From contig OZ024744.1 in the NCBI GenBank assembly GCA_964016885.1, positions 63,984,001 through 64,048,000 on the forward strand: a DNA stretch of 64,000 nt, written 5' to 3'. Below the pieces are notes generated by a model, which searched no databases, had not been told where the DNA came from, and saw only the letters and a list, made by a program, of their open reading frames with translations. The position numbers and the translations under genes are program-made. Positions 1-10,195 of the stretch are shown piece by piece. Each line of letters opens with the position of its first letter. Position 1 is the stretch's first letter. This stretch comes from Eledone cirrhosa (lineage: Eukaryota).

Positions 1-615
1 CACATATATACCGCTTGACCTGTGACCCCAGGCACTTGACAGACGAAATAGGGCAAACTGTCCAAGTATCTGCCGCTCGTGGATAGGTTTTAATTAAATC
101 CCCGGTCTACATCTCTACTTACTGCTATCGGAGCGGAGTTGGCCGCTCGCAGGTGCGAGTCACGCGAGGAGCGGCTGTTCCACCGCGTCCCACGCCGTCC
201 TCCGAGGCAGTGCATTCTCCACCCTGTTGGCCGGGACCAAGCGGTGGAGGGTAAGTTAGTTGCTAGTGGAGGACACTCGTCCGGACGTCACTTTCACACA
301 TGTATTAAGTGCTTTTTTTAATCAATTCATTTCATATATTAACTGTAAACAACTACAGTAATTGTTAAGCATTTAACTAAATTACAAGTTTACAGATGGT
401 TTAAAGGGAGGTAACTCTATGTTACTAATAATGATGAAATTCATCGGGGTAGAATTGTCGGCACTACAACGCTATTGGCTGTCAGTCGAAAGCAGCCGAT
501 GAAAGCAAAACATCGTTTATTTCCGTATTACTACCACGCGTAAGTGGAGTTACTTAAATGAAATTTATTTTAAAAACCATATAGATGTAAGTGGAGTTAC
601 TTAAATGAAAATATA

Positions 616-634
616 GGTGGCCCTTAAAAGGGCC
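616..634 (-). promoter_or_regulatory. Histone 3'-end type stem-loop (GGCCCT-TTTA-AGGGCC-ACC), left-arm copy
   Basis: Minus strand reads atttGGCCCTTTTAAGGGCCACC: a 6-bp stem, 4-nt loop and ACC, matching the replication-dependent histone mRNA stem-loop consensus. No histone ORF nearby. Confidence 0.6.
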
Positions 635-994
635 AAATTAGAAAACAAATTTAAGTTAATTAGAAAACAAGTCATGGTTATCAAATAAATTGGATTTAAT
701 CATTTATATTTTCATAGTCAGGGTTATCAATGTAGAAAACAAGGCATTTTCACCAACAGTGGAGTTACTTCTGACAGCTAATACCATGAACTATATTTTC
801 ATAGTCATGGTTATTAATGTAGAAAACAAGTCATTTTCACCAACAGTGGAGTTAACTTAAATGAACATTTTTTCCACCAATCTTATTATACAGTCCACAT
901 GGAGACAAGAGACAGTCCCCATGGAGATTGGTGGTATCTGCTGTAGTAGCGGTAGCGATGGAAAAATCGCGATGGTTAATTCCATTAACAATTT

Positions 995-1013
995 GGCCCT
1001 TTTAAGGGCCACC
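995..1013 (+). promoter_or_regulatory. Histone 3'-end type stem-loop, right-arm copy
   Basis: atttGGCCCTTTTAAGGGCCACC at 991-1013. Confidence 0.6.
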
Positions 1014-1904
1014 TATATTTTCATTTAAGTTAACTCCACTGTTGGTGAAAATGACTTGTTTTCTACATTGATAACCATGACTATGAAAATATAGTTCATG
1101 GTATTAGCTGTCAGAAGTAACTCCACTGTTGGTGAAAATTCATTTAAGTTCATGGTATTAGCTGTCAGAAGTAATTCCACTGTTGGTGAAAATGACTTGT
1201 TTTCTACATTGATAACCATGACTATGAAAATATAAATGATTAAATCCAATTTATTTGATAACCATGACTTGTTTTCTAATTAACTTACATCGATATGCTT
1301 TAATAAAAAAAAATAAAAAAATAAAAAACGCGTGAAAACTCCACTTACGCGTGGTGGTAGTAATACGGAAATAAACGATGACGAATGACGTCGCCTTCGC
1401 CTGCTTTCATCGGCTGCTTTCACGACTGACAGCTAATAGCGTTGTAGTGCCGAATTGTTATTTAAATCTGTCGAATTCAAGTTAATGATAACACATATCC
1501 TAGAATTTATCCCTCGTAGGATTGGATACAAGTAGTGAGACATCTAAAACCTGCATTGCTGTTGAAAATTAATGTCAAAATGGAACTTGCTTTCGCTGCT
1601 CTAATATTGATTACACATGCTATAATAGCAAGGTAAAATTTGTTTACAAAATTATCTGATTTCCTAAAATGATCTATTTTAAATTGTTAACAGTATTTGT
1701 TCTAAGAACGAAGGCAAAAACAAACATACCTTTAATACATAGAATTACAGAGATAAATTTAGCATAATCAAGTATTACTTTTTTTATTCGCTGATTAATT
1801 TTAAAGTTTCTGATTCAACAACAGTAACAACAATGCCAATAACTTGTATCACGTATGATTACATAACTGCCTGTTGGAATTTGCTGTATTGTCTTTAGCT
1901 AGAA

Positions 1905-1957
1905 CGGGGGTCGGCAACCCCCTGCCCGCGGGCCACATCCGGCCCTCGAGTGATTTG
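1905..1957 (+). mobile_element. hAT (Charlie-like) left-end fragment
   Basis: cgggggtcggcaacc...gcgggccacatccggccc resembles hAT/Charlie 5' termini and is preceded by ctagaa. Truncated by a SINE. Confidence 0.5.
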
Positions 1958-2101
1958 CAGCATAGAGTTACGTCCCTTTACGATCTGAGTTCAAATCCCG
2001 CCGAGGTTGACTTTGCCTTTCACCTTACGGGATCGATAAAATAAAGTACCAGTAATGCACTGGGTAATTGCTAGCCTTGTGCCTAAAGTAGAAACAATTA
2101 T
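1956..2101 (+). mobile_element. tRNA-derived SINE (family 1), 5'-truncated
   Basis: B-box gagttcaaatcc, body gccgaggttgactttgcctttca..gatcgataaaataaagtaccagt, tail gaaacaatta. About 10 copies in the window. Confidence 0.85.
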
Positions 2102-2529
2102 GTGCAAAGTCACTGAATTTTAAGAACATGATGGCAGTGGTCGTGAAAACAGTGAATTTTATACTGTTAAGAGGACTAAATCACCGCCAGTTTCAAGAAT
2201 GAGGGCCATTGTATAACCGCAACAGATCTGTAGATCATAGCCAGTCATTCAGCAAATTACCTGTCTGCTATATCTGCTTAATTAATCATAACTGAGTAAC
2301 AACAACCTTCGTACTGTCGTCAAATAGTCTACGGTGATTTATCTTCCAGTGTAGCTTTCACAACTGTCATAAACTACAGCTTATTAAATTGCAACATAAA
2401 CTAAACCTTTGAGATAGTCTTTTGTTGTTGTTTAAACACCATCCCAGGTTATCTATACGCAAAGTCATTTTTAGGCAATTTGTATATAGATAACAATTTG
2501 TATATAGATAACAAGAAGTTATATCAGAG

Positions 2530-2795
2530 TCGTTAAAGCGTCGGACAAATGCGTACTTTCTGAGTTCAAACCCAACCGAGGTCAAACTTTACTTTTCATC
2601 CTTTCGGGGTCGATAAAATATAATTGTTTCTACTTTTGGCACAAGTCCCAGTACGTTACTGGTACTTTATTTTATCGACCAAATAAGGATGAAAGGGAAA
2701 GTTAACCGTGGCAGGATTTGAACTCAGAACGTAAAGGGACGTAACTATGCTGTAAAGCACGGCGTCGCACATTCTACCGATACTGCCAATTCACC
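2530..2795. mobile_element. Two SINE family-1 fragments tail-to-tail (+ ~2530-2620, - ~2621-2795)
   Basis: gagttcaaacccaaccgaggtcaaac on plus; taattgtttctacttttggcacaag...ggatttgaactcagaa...ctaccgatactgccaat on minus. Confidence 0.75.
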
Positions 2796-3340
2796 ATAAT
2801 ACCACCTAATACTGGTGTTGATTTAATCGACATTCCCTTGCTCCAAGTTATTGGCCGTGTGCAGAAAGTAGAAATCATTTACACAGAACGTGGATTTAGA
2901 CTACATTTACAAAGTTACTGAATTCAATACAGCAAATGTTACATATTAATTTGTAATAAGCATCAAGGATATTGTTTATGAAATGTGGTATTTAAGATAT
3001 GGTTGCAAATACGACCAAAGTTATGCAAATACAACTATGTAATATTATTTCAGAGTTTGAGAAACAGCCACAAACCCATGCATTGCCATCTATAACTTAG
3101 AGGTATGGAAGATATCCATATAACAGGAATTGACCAACTGTTTCTTTTTCATGTTGGTTGCCATCGAAACTTCCATTGACCTTGATCTCCAAACTATAGT
3201 TTTCCTATGTACAATTAAGAAGAGTGCGTACTGCCTTAGGGGAGGAGAAACCCCATGAGTTCTGTTTTCCATGGCAATGCTTTTGTCATTTTGTCTGAGG
3301 CACAGCTGAAACATACCTTCTTTCTTTTTTCATTCTTTAA

Positions 3341-3574
3341 CCTTTTAGTTGCCAACCCAGCCAAAATCGGATCTGGTTCTGTGGAATAAAGTCACTCATT
3401 TTAAAGGTTTCCAATTTAAATTAAAATCTTCCAACATAATTTTATATAAGATTAAGTTACATTAAGTTACTATCTTACTAATGAAATAATTGATAATGTT
3501 TGTAAATGCCCCCAAATTCTTCAATAATTAATTGAATTAGAGTGTATTTCTTTAGAAATACGGTCATAAAAGGG
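3341..3574. mobile_element. piggyBac-type MITE (family P1)
   Basis: TTAA|cctttt...aaaaggg|TTAA. A second copy of the same internal sequence lies at 29606-29837. Confidence 0.75.
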
Positions 3575-3578
3575 TTAA

Positions 3579-3788
3579 CCCTTTAGCATTTAAACCAGCC
3601 ATATCCGGCCAGCATTCTCTCACTTCTTTCTGTTCAAACCGGCTGCAACCAGCTGCTCATACTGATGTTAAGGTATTGTTCTCAAAATAAATAATATCAA
3701 AATCTCATAGATTCGATATTATGTGAGATAATTATGTGAAATAAAGTGTTTACAATAGTAAATATAGAGTAATGTAAATGCTAAAGGG
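3579..3788. mobile_element. piggyBac-type MITE (family P2)
   Basis: Perfect 14-bp TIR ccctttagcattta / taaatgctaaaggg, with TTAA at 3575-3578 and 3789-3792. Confidence 0.85.
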
Positions 3789-4109
3789 TTAAATGATTAT
3801 TAAGAAACTACCATCACAATTAGAAATGCCACAATACAGATTCCTGACACTAACACACAAAACATTTTATTGGTAAAATAAAGAACAAACCTTCAGAAAT
3901 AATAAAAAAAAAACTAACTAGCTATAAACAATGGTGGACTTCAGAAGCAATGGGAAAATTTGAAATTTGAAATGTGTGCATTCCAATAACCATAATAATA
4001 AGAATTGAGAAAATCAAGTAAAGTGCCCCTGGAGACATCACTTTTCATTTTCTTTTCTATCACCAGGAGTAATTTACTTGATTTTCTCAACTATTATTAT
4101 TATTGTCAT

Positions 4110-4519
4110 TAGGGCAGTGGATTGGCAAAATCGGTAGAGCGTCAGACAATATGCTTTGTGGCATATTGTTACATCCCTTTACATTCTGAGTTCAAATCCT
4201 GCTGAGGTTAGCTTTGCCTTTCATCCTTAATAAAATATAGTACCAGTCATGCACTGAGGTTGATTTAATCCACTTTCCCCACCCCCAAAATTGTTAGCCT
4301 CAGCCTAAATCAGAAATCATTATTATGGTCATTGGCAGTATCGGTAGAGGGTCGGACGTCATCATGCTTTGATGCATAGAGTTACTGCTCTTTCCATTCT
4401 GAGTTCAAATCCCGCCGAGGTCAACTTTGCCTTTCATCCTTACGGGGTCGATAAAATAAAGTACCAGTAATGTACTGGGTAATTGCTGGCCTTGTGCCAA
4501 AAGTAGAAACAATTATTAT
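4110..4519 (+). mobile_element. Two tandem SINE family-1 copies (~4110-4326, ~4330-4519)
   Basis: A-box-like agggcagtggattggcaaaatcggtagag, B-box gagttcaaatcc and (tta)n tails, each present twice. Confidence 0.85.
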
Positions 4520-4699
4520 GGTCATTTGCATTGAAACATTCACATTTCTAACTAGGTATGTTACAAATTAATCCCTTTGATACCACATGTCTGAGATCAC
4601 CTCTAGCTTTTTGATACAAAAGCAAACAGCTTTTAATTTCTTAAATGGAAGTTAAAAACATTTCATTATGATTTTACCTAAGAACCTTTTGTAAAATTA

Positions 4700-5038
4700 C
4701 TCTCGGGTCCCAAATAATGGGGAGCAAGGAAGTTTGGAATAAGCAGGGGTGGTGGTGGAAAATCGGTAATTTTTCTAGGTTGTCTCCAATGATTTTTTTA
4801 AAAACCAGAATTAGTTGTTTAGTTTACATATTGAGACCTCAACCCATCCTATTTATTTTATAACATATGGGATTTCTAGTAATGTACTTTGTTGTGTATA
4901 AAGAAAATTAATTGTCACAAGAATGCTACCACTTGAAATAAAATTTTGCTGGAGATAGATTAGCAAAATTTAATAAGGATGGGAGTGGGGGTCTGAAAAA
5001 TTAATAAGCAGGGCAGACAATTATTCAAGACCCGACAG
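4700..5038. mobile_element. Degenerate MITE, possibly Tc1/pogo-like
   Basis: TA|ctctcgggtcccaaataat ... attattcaagacccgacag|TG, a 15/19 inverted match. Internal aataagcaggg subrepeats. Confidence 0.45.
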
Positions 5039-5159
5039 TGCCTTATTTGTCAACATTTAAGATACAAAGTCTACATAAAGCACACTTCTATTTTACAAAG
5101 AAAATATATATAACTTTGTACGAAGGCTCTTTGCATTTATGGCTCATCTATAACATTAG

Positions 5160-6103
5160 ATCATCATCATCATCATCACCATTTTACGTCCGTTCTTCCA
5201 CGCTAGCATGGGTTAGACGGGTTGTCTTGTTGTGGGCAGTGTCTGGCCGGCTGACTATGCCTTGCTCATACAGGAACTGATTTGGCTTGCTTTCTACAGC
5301 TGGATGCCCTTCCTAACACCAACCTCATTTACAGTGAGTGCTGGGTGCTTTTTCAGTGGCGCCTACATGTCCACTTTACAGTGTGGGCTGGGTGCTTTTT
5401 TGCAGTGAGAGGGAGTGGGGGGCATATTGTCTATATGCTTCAGCTTGTACCCATGGGAGGTCGGGTACTCTGTATTACTGTGTGACGCCAGAGGTCACGG
5501 TCGTGTGTCATCGCCTTTGAGAGGTGTAATTGGGTAAGGTCGACTTTTATCACCTCATCCCAGGTCATCTTGGGTCTCCCCACTCCGCGGTTTCCATCGA
5601 CTTTTAGTGCTCTGCACCTTTTTATGTAGCTGTCATCCTTCATACGCATCACATGTCCATACCAACGCAACCGCCTCTCCTGCACACAGCATTTGATTCC
5701 TCTTATGCTCAGTCTCTCTCTCAATTCATTTATGCTTTGTCGGTCACGTATATTACTATTACACATCCATTGGAGCATGCAGGCTTCGTTTCTCTCTAAT
5801 CTACATAAGTCTTCCACCTTCAGCGCCCAGGTCTCACTACCATGCAACATCGCTGTTCGGATACACGCATCATACAGTCTGCCTTTCATTTTGAAGGAGA
5901 AGCCTTTTGCAGCTAGCAGTGGTAGTAGTTCCCTGAACTTCTTCCATCCCGTTCTTACCCTAGTTATTGTACTTTCTGAACACCCACCTCTGCTGCTAAT
6001 TCGGTCACCTAGGTAGGAGAAGCTGTCTACTGTTTCTACAGAGCCCACCCAGAGATTGGTGGTACTTGTTTCCTGTGGCTGTTTGCTGCTTGCTGTCCCA
6101 GCA
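5160..6103 (-). mobile_element. RTE-clade LINE, subfamily alpha, 3' fragment
   Basis: ORF 5440-6132 has FSYLGD, MLHGSETW, RRLRWYGHVMRM and GRPK..W motifs. 3' UTR and (GAT)n tail present. Confidence 0.92.
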
Positions 6104-6367
6104 AAAGATATGTTGCAAAAGATGTATTGCAAAAAGATCCAATCTGATTACCCTCATGGAAAATAAAAATAAATTATTTGATGAGGAATATTAGAAAGTA
6201 TGGAGAACATTATTGGATAATAAAGCACTACAGATACCCTCTTCTTAGTGAGATAACTAGAAGAAAAGTACCTAGCCAAGAATAAGCCACTATATTTAGT
6301 TTTTGTTGATCTAAAAAAGGCCTTTGACAGAGTACCTCAATCTATTACCTGGTGGTCCTTAAGGAAA

Positions 6368-6598
6368 TGTAGCCAGAGGCATTTGGACTTACCTTGTGTC
6401 TCTCTGGTCCATGTGGGGGTATATTCCGCTTGCGTCTGTTTTCGCACGTCTGTCACCTTCGAGGTTGAATGGCTAAGAGGCGCCTGGTCCCTCGAGTCAC
6501 CCCCGTCCTCCTGCTTCTGGTCAGGGCATCACCCAACTTCCGGCAATCCCCCTCCCACAGCAGCTCTACACCCCTCTCTATCTCACGGCAGCCCCACA
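6368..6598 (-). repeat. 3' LTR of copy 1
   Basis: TG...CA termini; diverged direct repeat of 8515-8754. Confidence 0.9.
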
Positions 6599-6639
6599 CA
6601 CCCCCCTGATCTCAAGAATCAATCCCCCCCCCATCACAC

Positions 6640-8363
6640 TGCTCCATCTCAAAATCCGCCATCCTCCTAGGTTGGCGGCGGCTCTCTTACGATCTCCACA
6701 CTGTTGGGGCGGCACTTTCATTTTCCTCTTCCTCGGAGTCCGTCACCCCAACGACTCTACGGATGTCCAAGACATGACGTGGCATTCCGTCCACAGACAC
6801 GTTGTTTTGGGAATTTACAGCAGTTACCTTTCCCTTTCCCCATTGAGATATGCAATGCGTGTTCGGGGGCTTGACCCATACCTCTTCGCCCACTCGTATG
6901 AATGCGCTCTCTCTCTCCTCCAGCCGGCTGCTGTGGTACCGTGCACGGGTGTAGCCATTCATATCTGTATATTGCCCTGTGCGGCACCGACTCCTCGGCC
7001 TGTCCCACCCACCCACGGAGACATGTTGTACCAGAACACTGCCGCCGTTGGCGAAATGTGCCCCCTTTCCGCCATGGCATTGATCGTGCGATGATGTCTC
7101 TCCACGATCCCATTTCCGCTCGGCCTGTATGCCGCTCTGAAGAAGCGGTTCACCTTCGACTTGTCAAGCATTTCCCTCAGCGCCTCCTAGCGAAACGCTG
7201 TGCTGTTGTCCATCAGCAGTTCACCCACAGGGCCCCGCTCCAAGAATATCTCTCTCAGCGTCCGCACGATTTCCTCCGCAGTCCCTGTCTTCATTTCCCT
7301 CCAAGGCAGCCAATTGTGTCCATGCCCATTACTACATTGATTCCGTCCACCACCTGGTCAATCACGATCGTCCGAAGCCTAATTTTTCTTCCCCGTACCA
7401 CCATTGACATCTCGCTGGTACCTCTGCATCTAATCTCCCTGCTGTCGACTGCCCTTATACTGCTCATCCCGCTCCACTTTTTAACCACCTCCATGGTCAC
7501 TAGTGTTGTCGTGCAACCCGTGTCCATGAGTGCTCGCGATGGCTTCCCTTCCACCAAATCTTCCACTATGGGCAGCGACTGCAAAGGCATCTCTACTCGC
7601 CTCCAGGGGTGGCTACCAGCGCAGTAGCTCCCCTTAGACCATTTCCCTGGTCGCAATTATTAGTGATGTGGCCTGGTCACTTGCAGCGATAACAGACTAT
7701 AGTTGGCTTCGGCTCTATGCAGTCCCTTGCCATGTGCGGGCCCGGGCACCTGAAGCACCGGCCTCCGAACACACGTGGACGACTATTCACAGCGGCTGGT
7801 CTCCTTTCGTCACACGTCAGTCGCTGTCGACTGCCATGGGCTTCCGTCGATGCCAGCGCTGCAACACTCCACCTCGTGTCCTGTGTTATTACGCGGGCCT
7901 GTGCGATGTGCTCGCTCATTCTCATCTCCCTGTTGCCAGGCAGCTGTTGGAGCTTCACGGAGATTTCGTCGGGGAACCCGCTCATAAAAGCCAACCGCAC
8001 GGCGCATTCATGTTCTACCGCGAATCCGGCCAACGTAGCCAACCGCCGTAACTCTGTCGCGAACACGTCCACGTGCTCTCCCTGCCATCTCGCTCTGTCT
8101 AGCTTGGCAAAAGCAACGTACGGCCCCTCGGTGAATGCTTCCTTAAGTCACTGTCCTATCCTCTCCGCGTTCAGTTGGTCGCTCTCGTCCATCTCGAGGT
8201 ACAGTGCTAGGGCATCCCCATCGAGAATTAGAGCGATCAAACCAGCAATGTTGTCAATGCCTTGCAGCGAGGCGACCAATGTGACTTTTCTCAACCAGGC
8301 CACATCTCCTTCGCTCTTAAAAGCCTTGATCGTCTCACTATTCAATCTCAGTTTCGCTGCCAT
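6640..8363 (-). pseudogene. Disrupted gag (ATG 8363), aspartic protease (~7295-7590) and integrase core/C-terminus (~6640-7300)
   Basis: ORF fragments 8148-8753, 7677-8072, 7291-7656, 6959-7171 and 6687-7016. PR is fused directly to IN at ~7300. Confidence 0.88.
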
Positions 8364-8502
8364 CTCCCCTGCGAGATCGGGAAAAAAATCAACAACGATA
8401 CCCCTCGAAAGAGGACAAAAAAAAAATAAAATAAAAAAAGGTAAACTAAAGGGCTGCCGTGCCAGGAGTAAAAATGCCAAAATATGGGAAATTTCATTAA
8501 AC

Positions 8503-8514
8503 ACCAAAATAGCT
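8503..8514 (-). promoter_or_regulatory. Atypical primer-binding site AGCTATTTTGGT (complement of tRNA-Phe nt 1-12 with two G-U pairs)
   Basis: Directly abuts the 5' LTR end. Plus strand accaaaatagct versus tRNA-Phe 5' GCCGAAATAGCT. Confidence 0.6.
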
Positions 8515-8754
8515 TCTAGCTGGAGGCATTCGGACTTAGCTTGTGTCTCTCTGGTCCACGTGGGGGTACTTTCCGCTTGCGTCTGTCTTCGCACATCCGT
8601 CACCTTCCAGGGCGTATGGCTAAGAGGCCCCTGTTGACCGCCTGGTCCCTTGAGTCCCTCCGTCCTCCTGCTTCCGGTCAGGTGTTCTCCAATTTCTGGC
8701 AATCCCCCTCCCAAGGCAGCTCTACACTCCCCTCTATCTCGCGGCAGCCCCACA
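8515..8754 (-). repeat. 5' LTR of copy 1
   Basis: Starts TGTGGGG on minus; direct repeat of 6368-6598; terminal CA mutated to GA. Confidence 0.88.
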
Positions 8755-9734
8755 GGAAATTAGGTGTAGAATGGATTGTGAGAGCAGCTCAAGCCATGTA
8801 CAGAAGAGTTGTCAGTAATGTGAGAGTAGGGAGTGAGTTTAGTGAGGAATTCAAGGTACAGATAGGAGTTCATCAGGTTTTGGCTCTCAGCCCACATCTG
8901 TTCATAACAGGAGTTTAAGACTGGCTGTCCATGGGGAACTTCTCTATACAGATGATTTGGTCCTTATAGCGGAATCCATAAAAGAACTAGAGAATAAATT
9001 TAGACTATGAAAACAGAATTTACAATCAAAAGGGCTCAGAGTGTTGATAAGCAGGAAAGAAGATAAGCTCTTGATGCCATCAGGCAAGTGGCCCTGCTCA
9101 ATATGCAGAAAAGGAGTATGCAGAAACTCTATACAATGTACACTATACAAATCTTGGCTACACAAGAGGTGTAGTCGGGTAGCAGGCTGACTAACAGGAA
9201 AGGAAGTCTTTGTATGTGCTAGATGCACAGGGATATTCAATGGGAAGAACATATGTGGCATAAATGTTTTCCAATCACATGAAGATTCCATAGAAGTGGT
9301 TGGTAGCTTCTGCTCCCTAGGTGATCTAATTAGTAGTAGAGGAGGATGCTGCATGAGCATGATAGCTTGAATATGGATAGAATGGAAGGAGTTTAGGGAG
9401 CTATTCCCTATGTTGACAACAAAAGGTTCCTCCTTAAGTATGAAAGGACAGCTGTATGATGCCTGTGTGCCCCAGGTGCAATCTAATTACTAAAACTGGT
9501 AAAAGAATAAAAAGAATAAAAGAATAAAAATACTATTAATTTTGGTTTTGTTTTTAATTCACTTTAAATATTTGTCATTTTCAGTTTAAAGAACATCAGA
9601 TACAAGACAATATTGAAAGAGTTAATGAGGTTAGTTTATTAATTAATTACTACAGAATTTTCACCATTTCTTTAATCCCTAAATCTATCTATAGGGTGCT
9701 TGTGTGTATGTGTGTGTATATGTATGTATGTATA

Positions 9735-10010
9735 GAAATAATCGAGCTGGATACTCAATCGCGTTGTTAAACCACTGGGAGTGAAGGACCCCTAGCCTTT
9801 GTCAGGGCATTCTTCTAAGAGAAGGCATCTCGAGAAACTGGGATAACTCCGATATAAAACCTGCAGCTCTGTAGTTACCGATGATGTTGATCTTTTCTTC
9901 TTTTTGGGTTATAGCTACTGTCGCTCAGAGAGTGGGATTGGCTCAGTGCACAGTCTTTCCTCACTTTAAAAATAATCTTCACGCACAGACATTGCATGAT
10001 AGAATTAATT
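9735..10010 (+). mobile_element. Probable short non-autonomous retroposon (RTE-UTR-like)
   Basis: Higher-GC island between microsatellite and AT tracts; resembles RTE 5'-UTR-derived elements. Single copy here. Confidence 0.3.
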
Positions 10011-10069
10011 AAAAATCATAAAAAATAAAGAAATCATTAATTAATAATTATTAATAGTTAACCTCGACA

Positions 10070-10195
10070 GTGTCTGGGTTCAAATCCTGTCAAGGTTAAC
10101 TTTGCCTTTCATCCTTACGGGGTCGATAAAATAAAGTACCAGTAATGTACTGTGTAATTGCTGGCCTTGTGCCAAGAGTAGAAACAATTATTATT
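10070..10195 (+). mobile_element. SINE family 1, 5'-truncated
   Basis: gggttcaaatcc..ctttgcctttcatccttacggggtcgataaaataaagtacc..gaaacaattattatt. Confidence 0.85.

Larger units (their letters stand above)
458..1453. mobile_element. Foldback/MITE-like element: ~1 kb imperfect palindrome with internal subrepeats
   Basis: 458-550 (tcggcactacaacgctattggctgtcagtcg...cgcgtaagtggagt) is the reverse complement of 1338-1453. 590-865 is inverted relative to 991-1290. Unique spacer at ~866-990. ATTG flanks both ends (454-457, 1454-1457), a possible 4-bp TSD. Confidence 0.85.
6368..8754 (-). mobile_element. LTR retrotransposon copy 1 (LTR subfamily A), internally deleted: gag-PR-partial IN, no RT/RH
   Basis: LTRs at 6368-6598 and 8515-8754. 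5-bp TSD GGAAA (6363-6367, 8755-8759). PPT gagatcaggggggtg at 6599-6613. Gag zinc knuckles CFRCPGPHMARDC and CYRC; protease ALMDTGC; integrase NGIVERHHRT. Confidence 0.93.
6230..9470 (+). mobile_element. Degenerate RTE LINE RT fragment, split by an LTR element at 6368-8754
   Basis: FVDLKKAFDRVP..WWSLRK before 6368 continues as KLGVEW..QAMY after 8754, followed by PHD and YLGD remnants with stops. Confidence 0.85.

Noticed and set aside
1-320. GC-rich segment with a TATA-like start, a 60-aa ORF and a gag/gtaagt splice-donor-like site near 250
   Set aside because: Truncated by the window edge, no recognisable protein and no second copy. Could be an LTR piece or a first exon, but neither can be supported.
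1025-1249. 74-aa ORF with internal peptide repeats
   Set aside because: A by-product of the subrepeats in the foldback arm; no ATG start and no domain.
590-1290. Repeat array superficially like CRISPR
   Set aside because: The repeats are inverted and irregular, with no unique spacers or cas genes, in a eukaryotic context.
3054-3318. Possible host exon(s) or 74-aa ORF
   Set aside because: Candidate splice sites give stops in the tested frames; no recognisable motif.
7717-8637. Long antisense ORFs over LTR and RTE coding regions (e.g. 7717-8637, 28290-29072, 50337-51095)
   Set aside because: Shadow frames of TE genes; not consistently maintained among copies.
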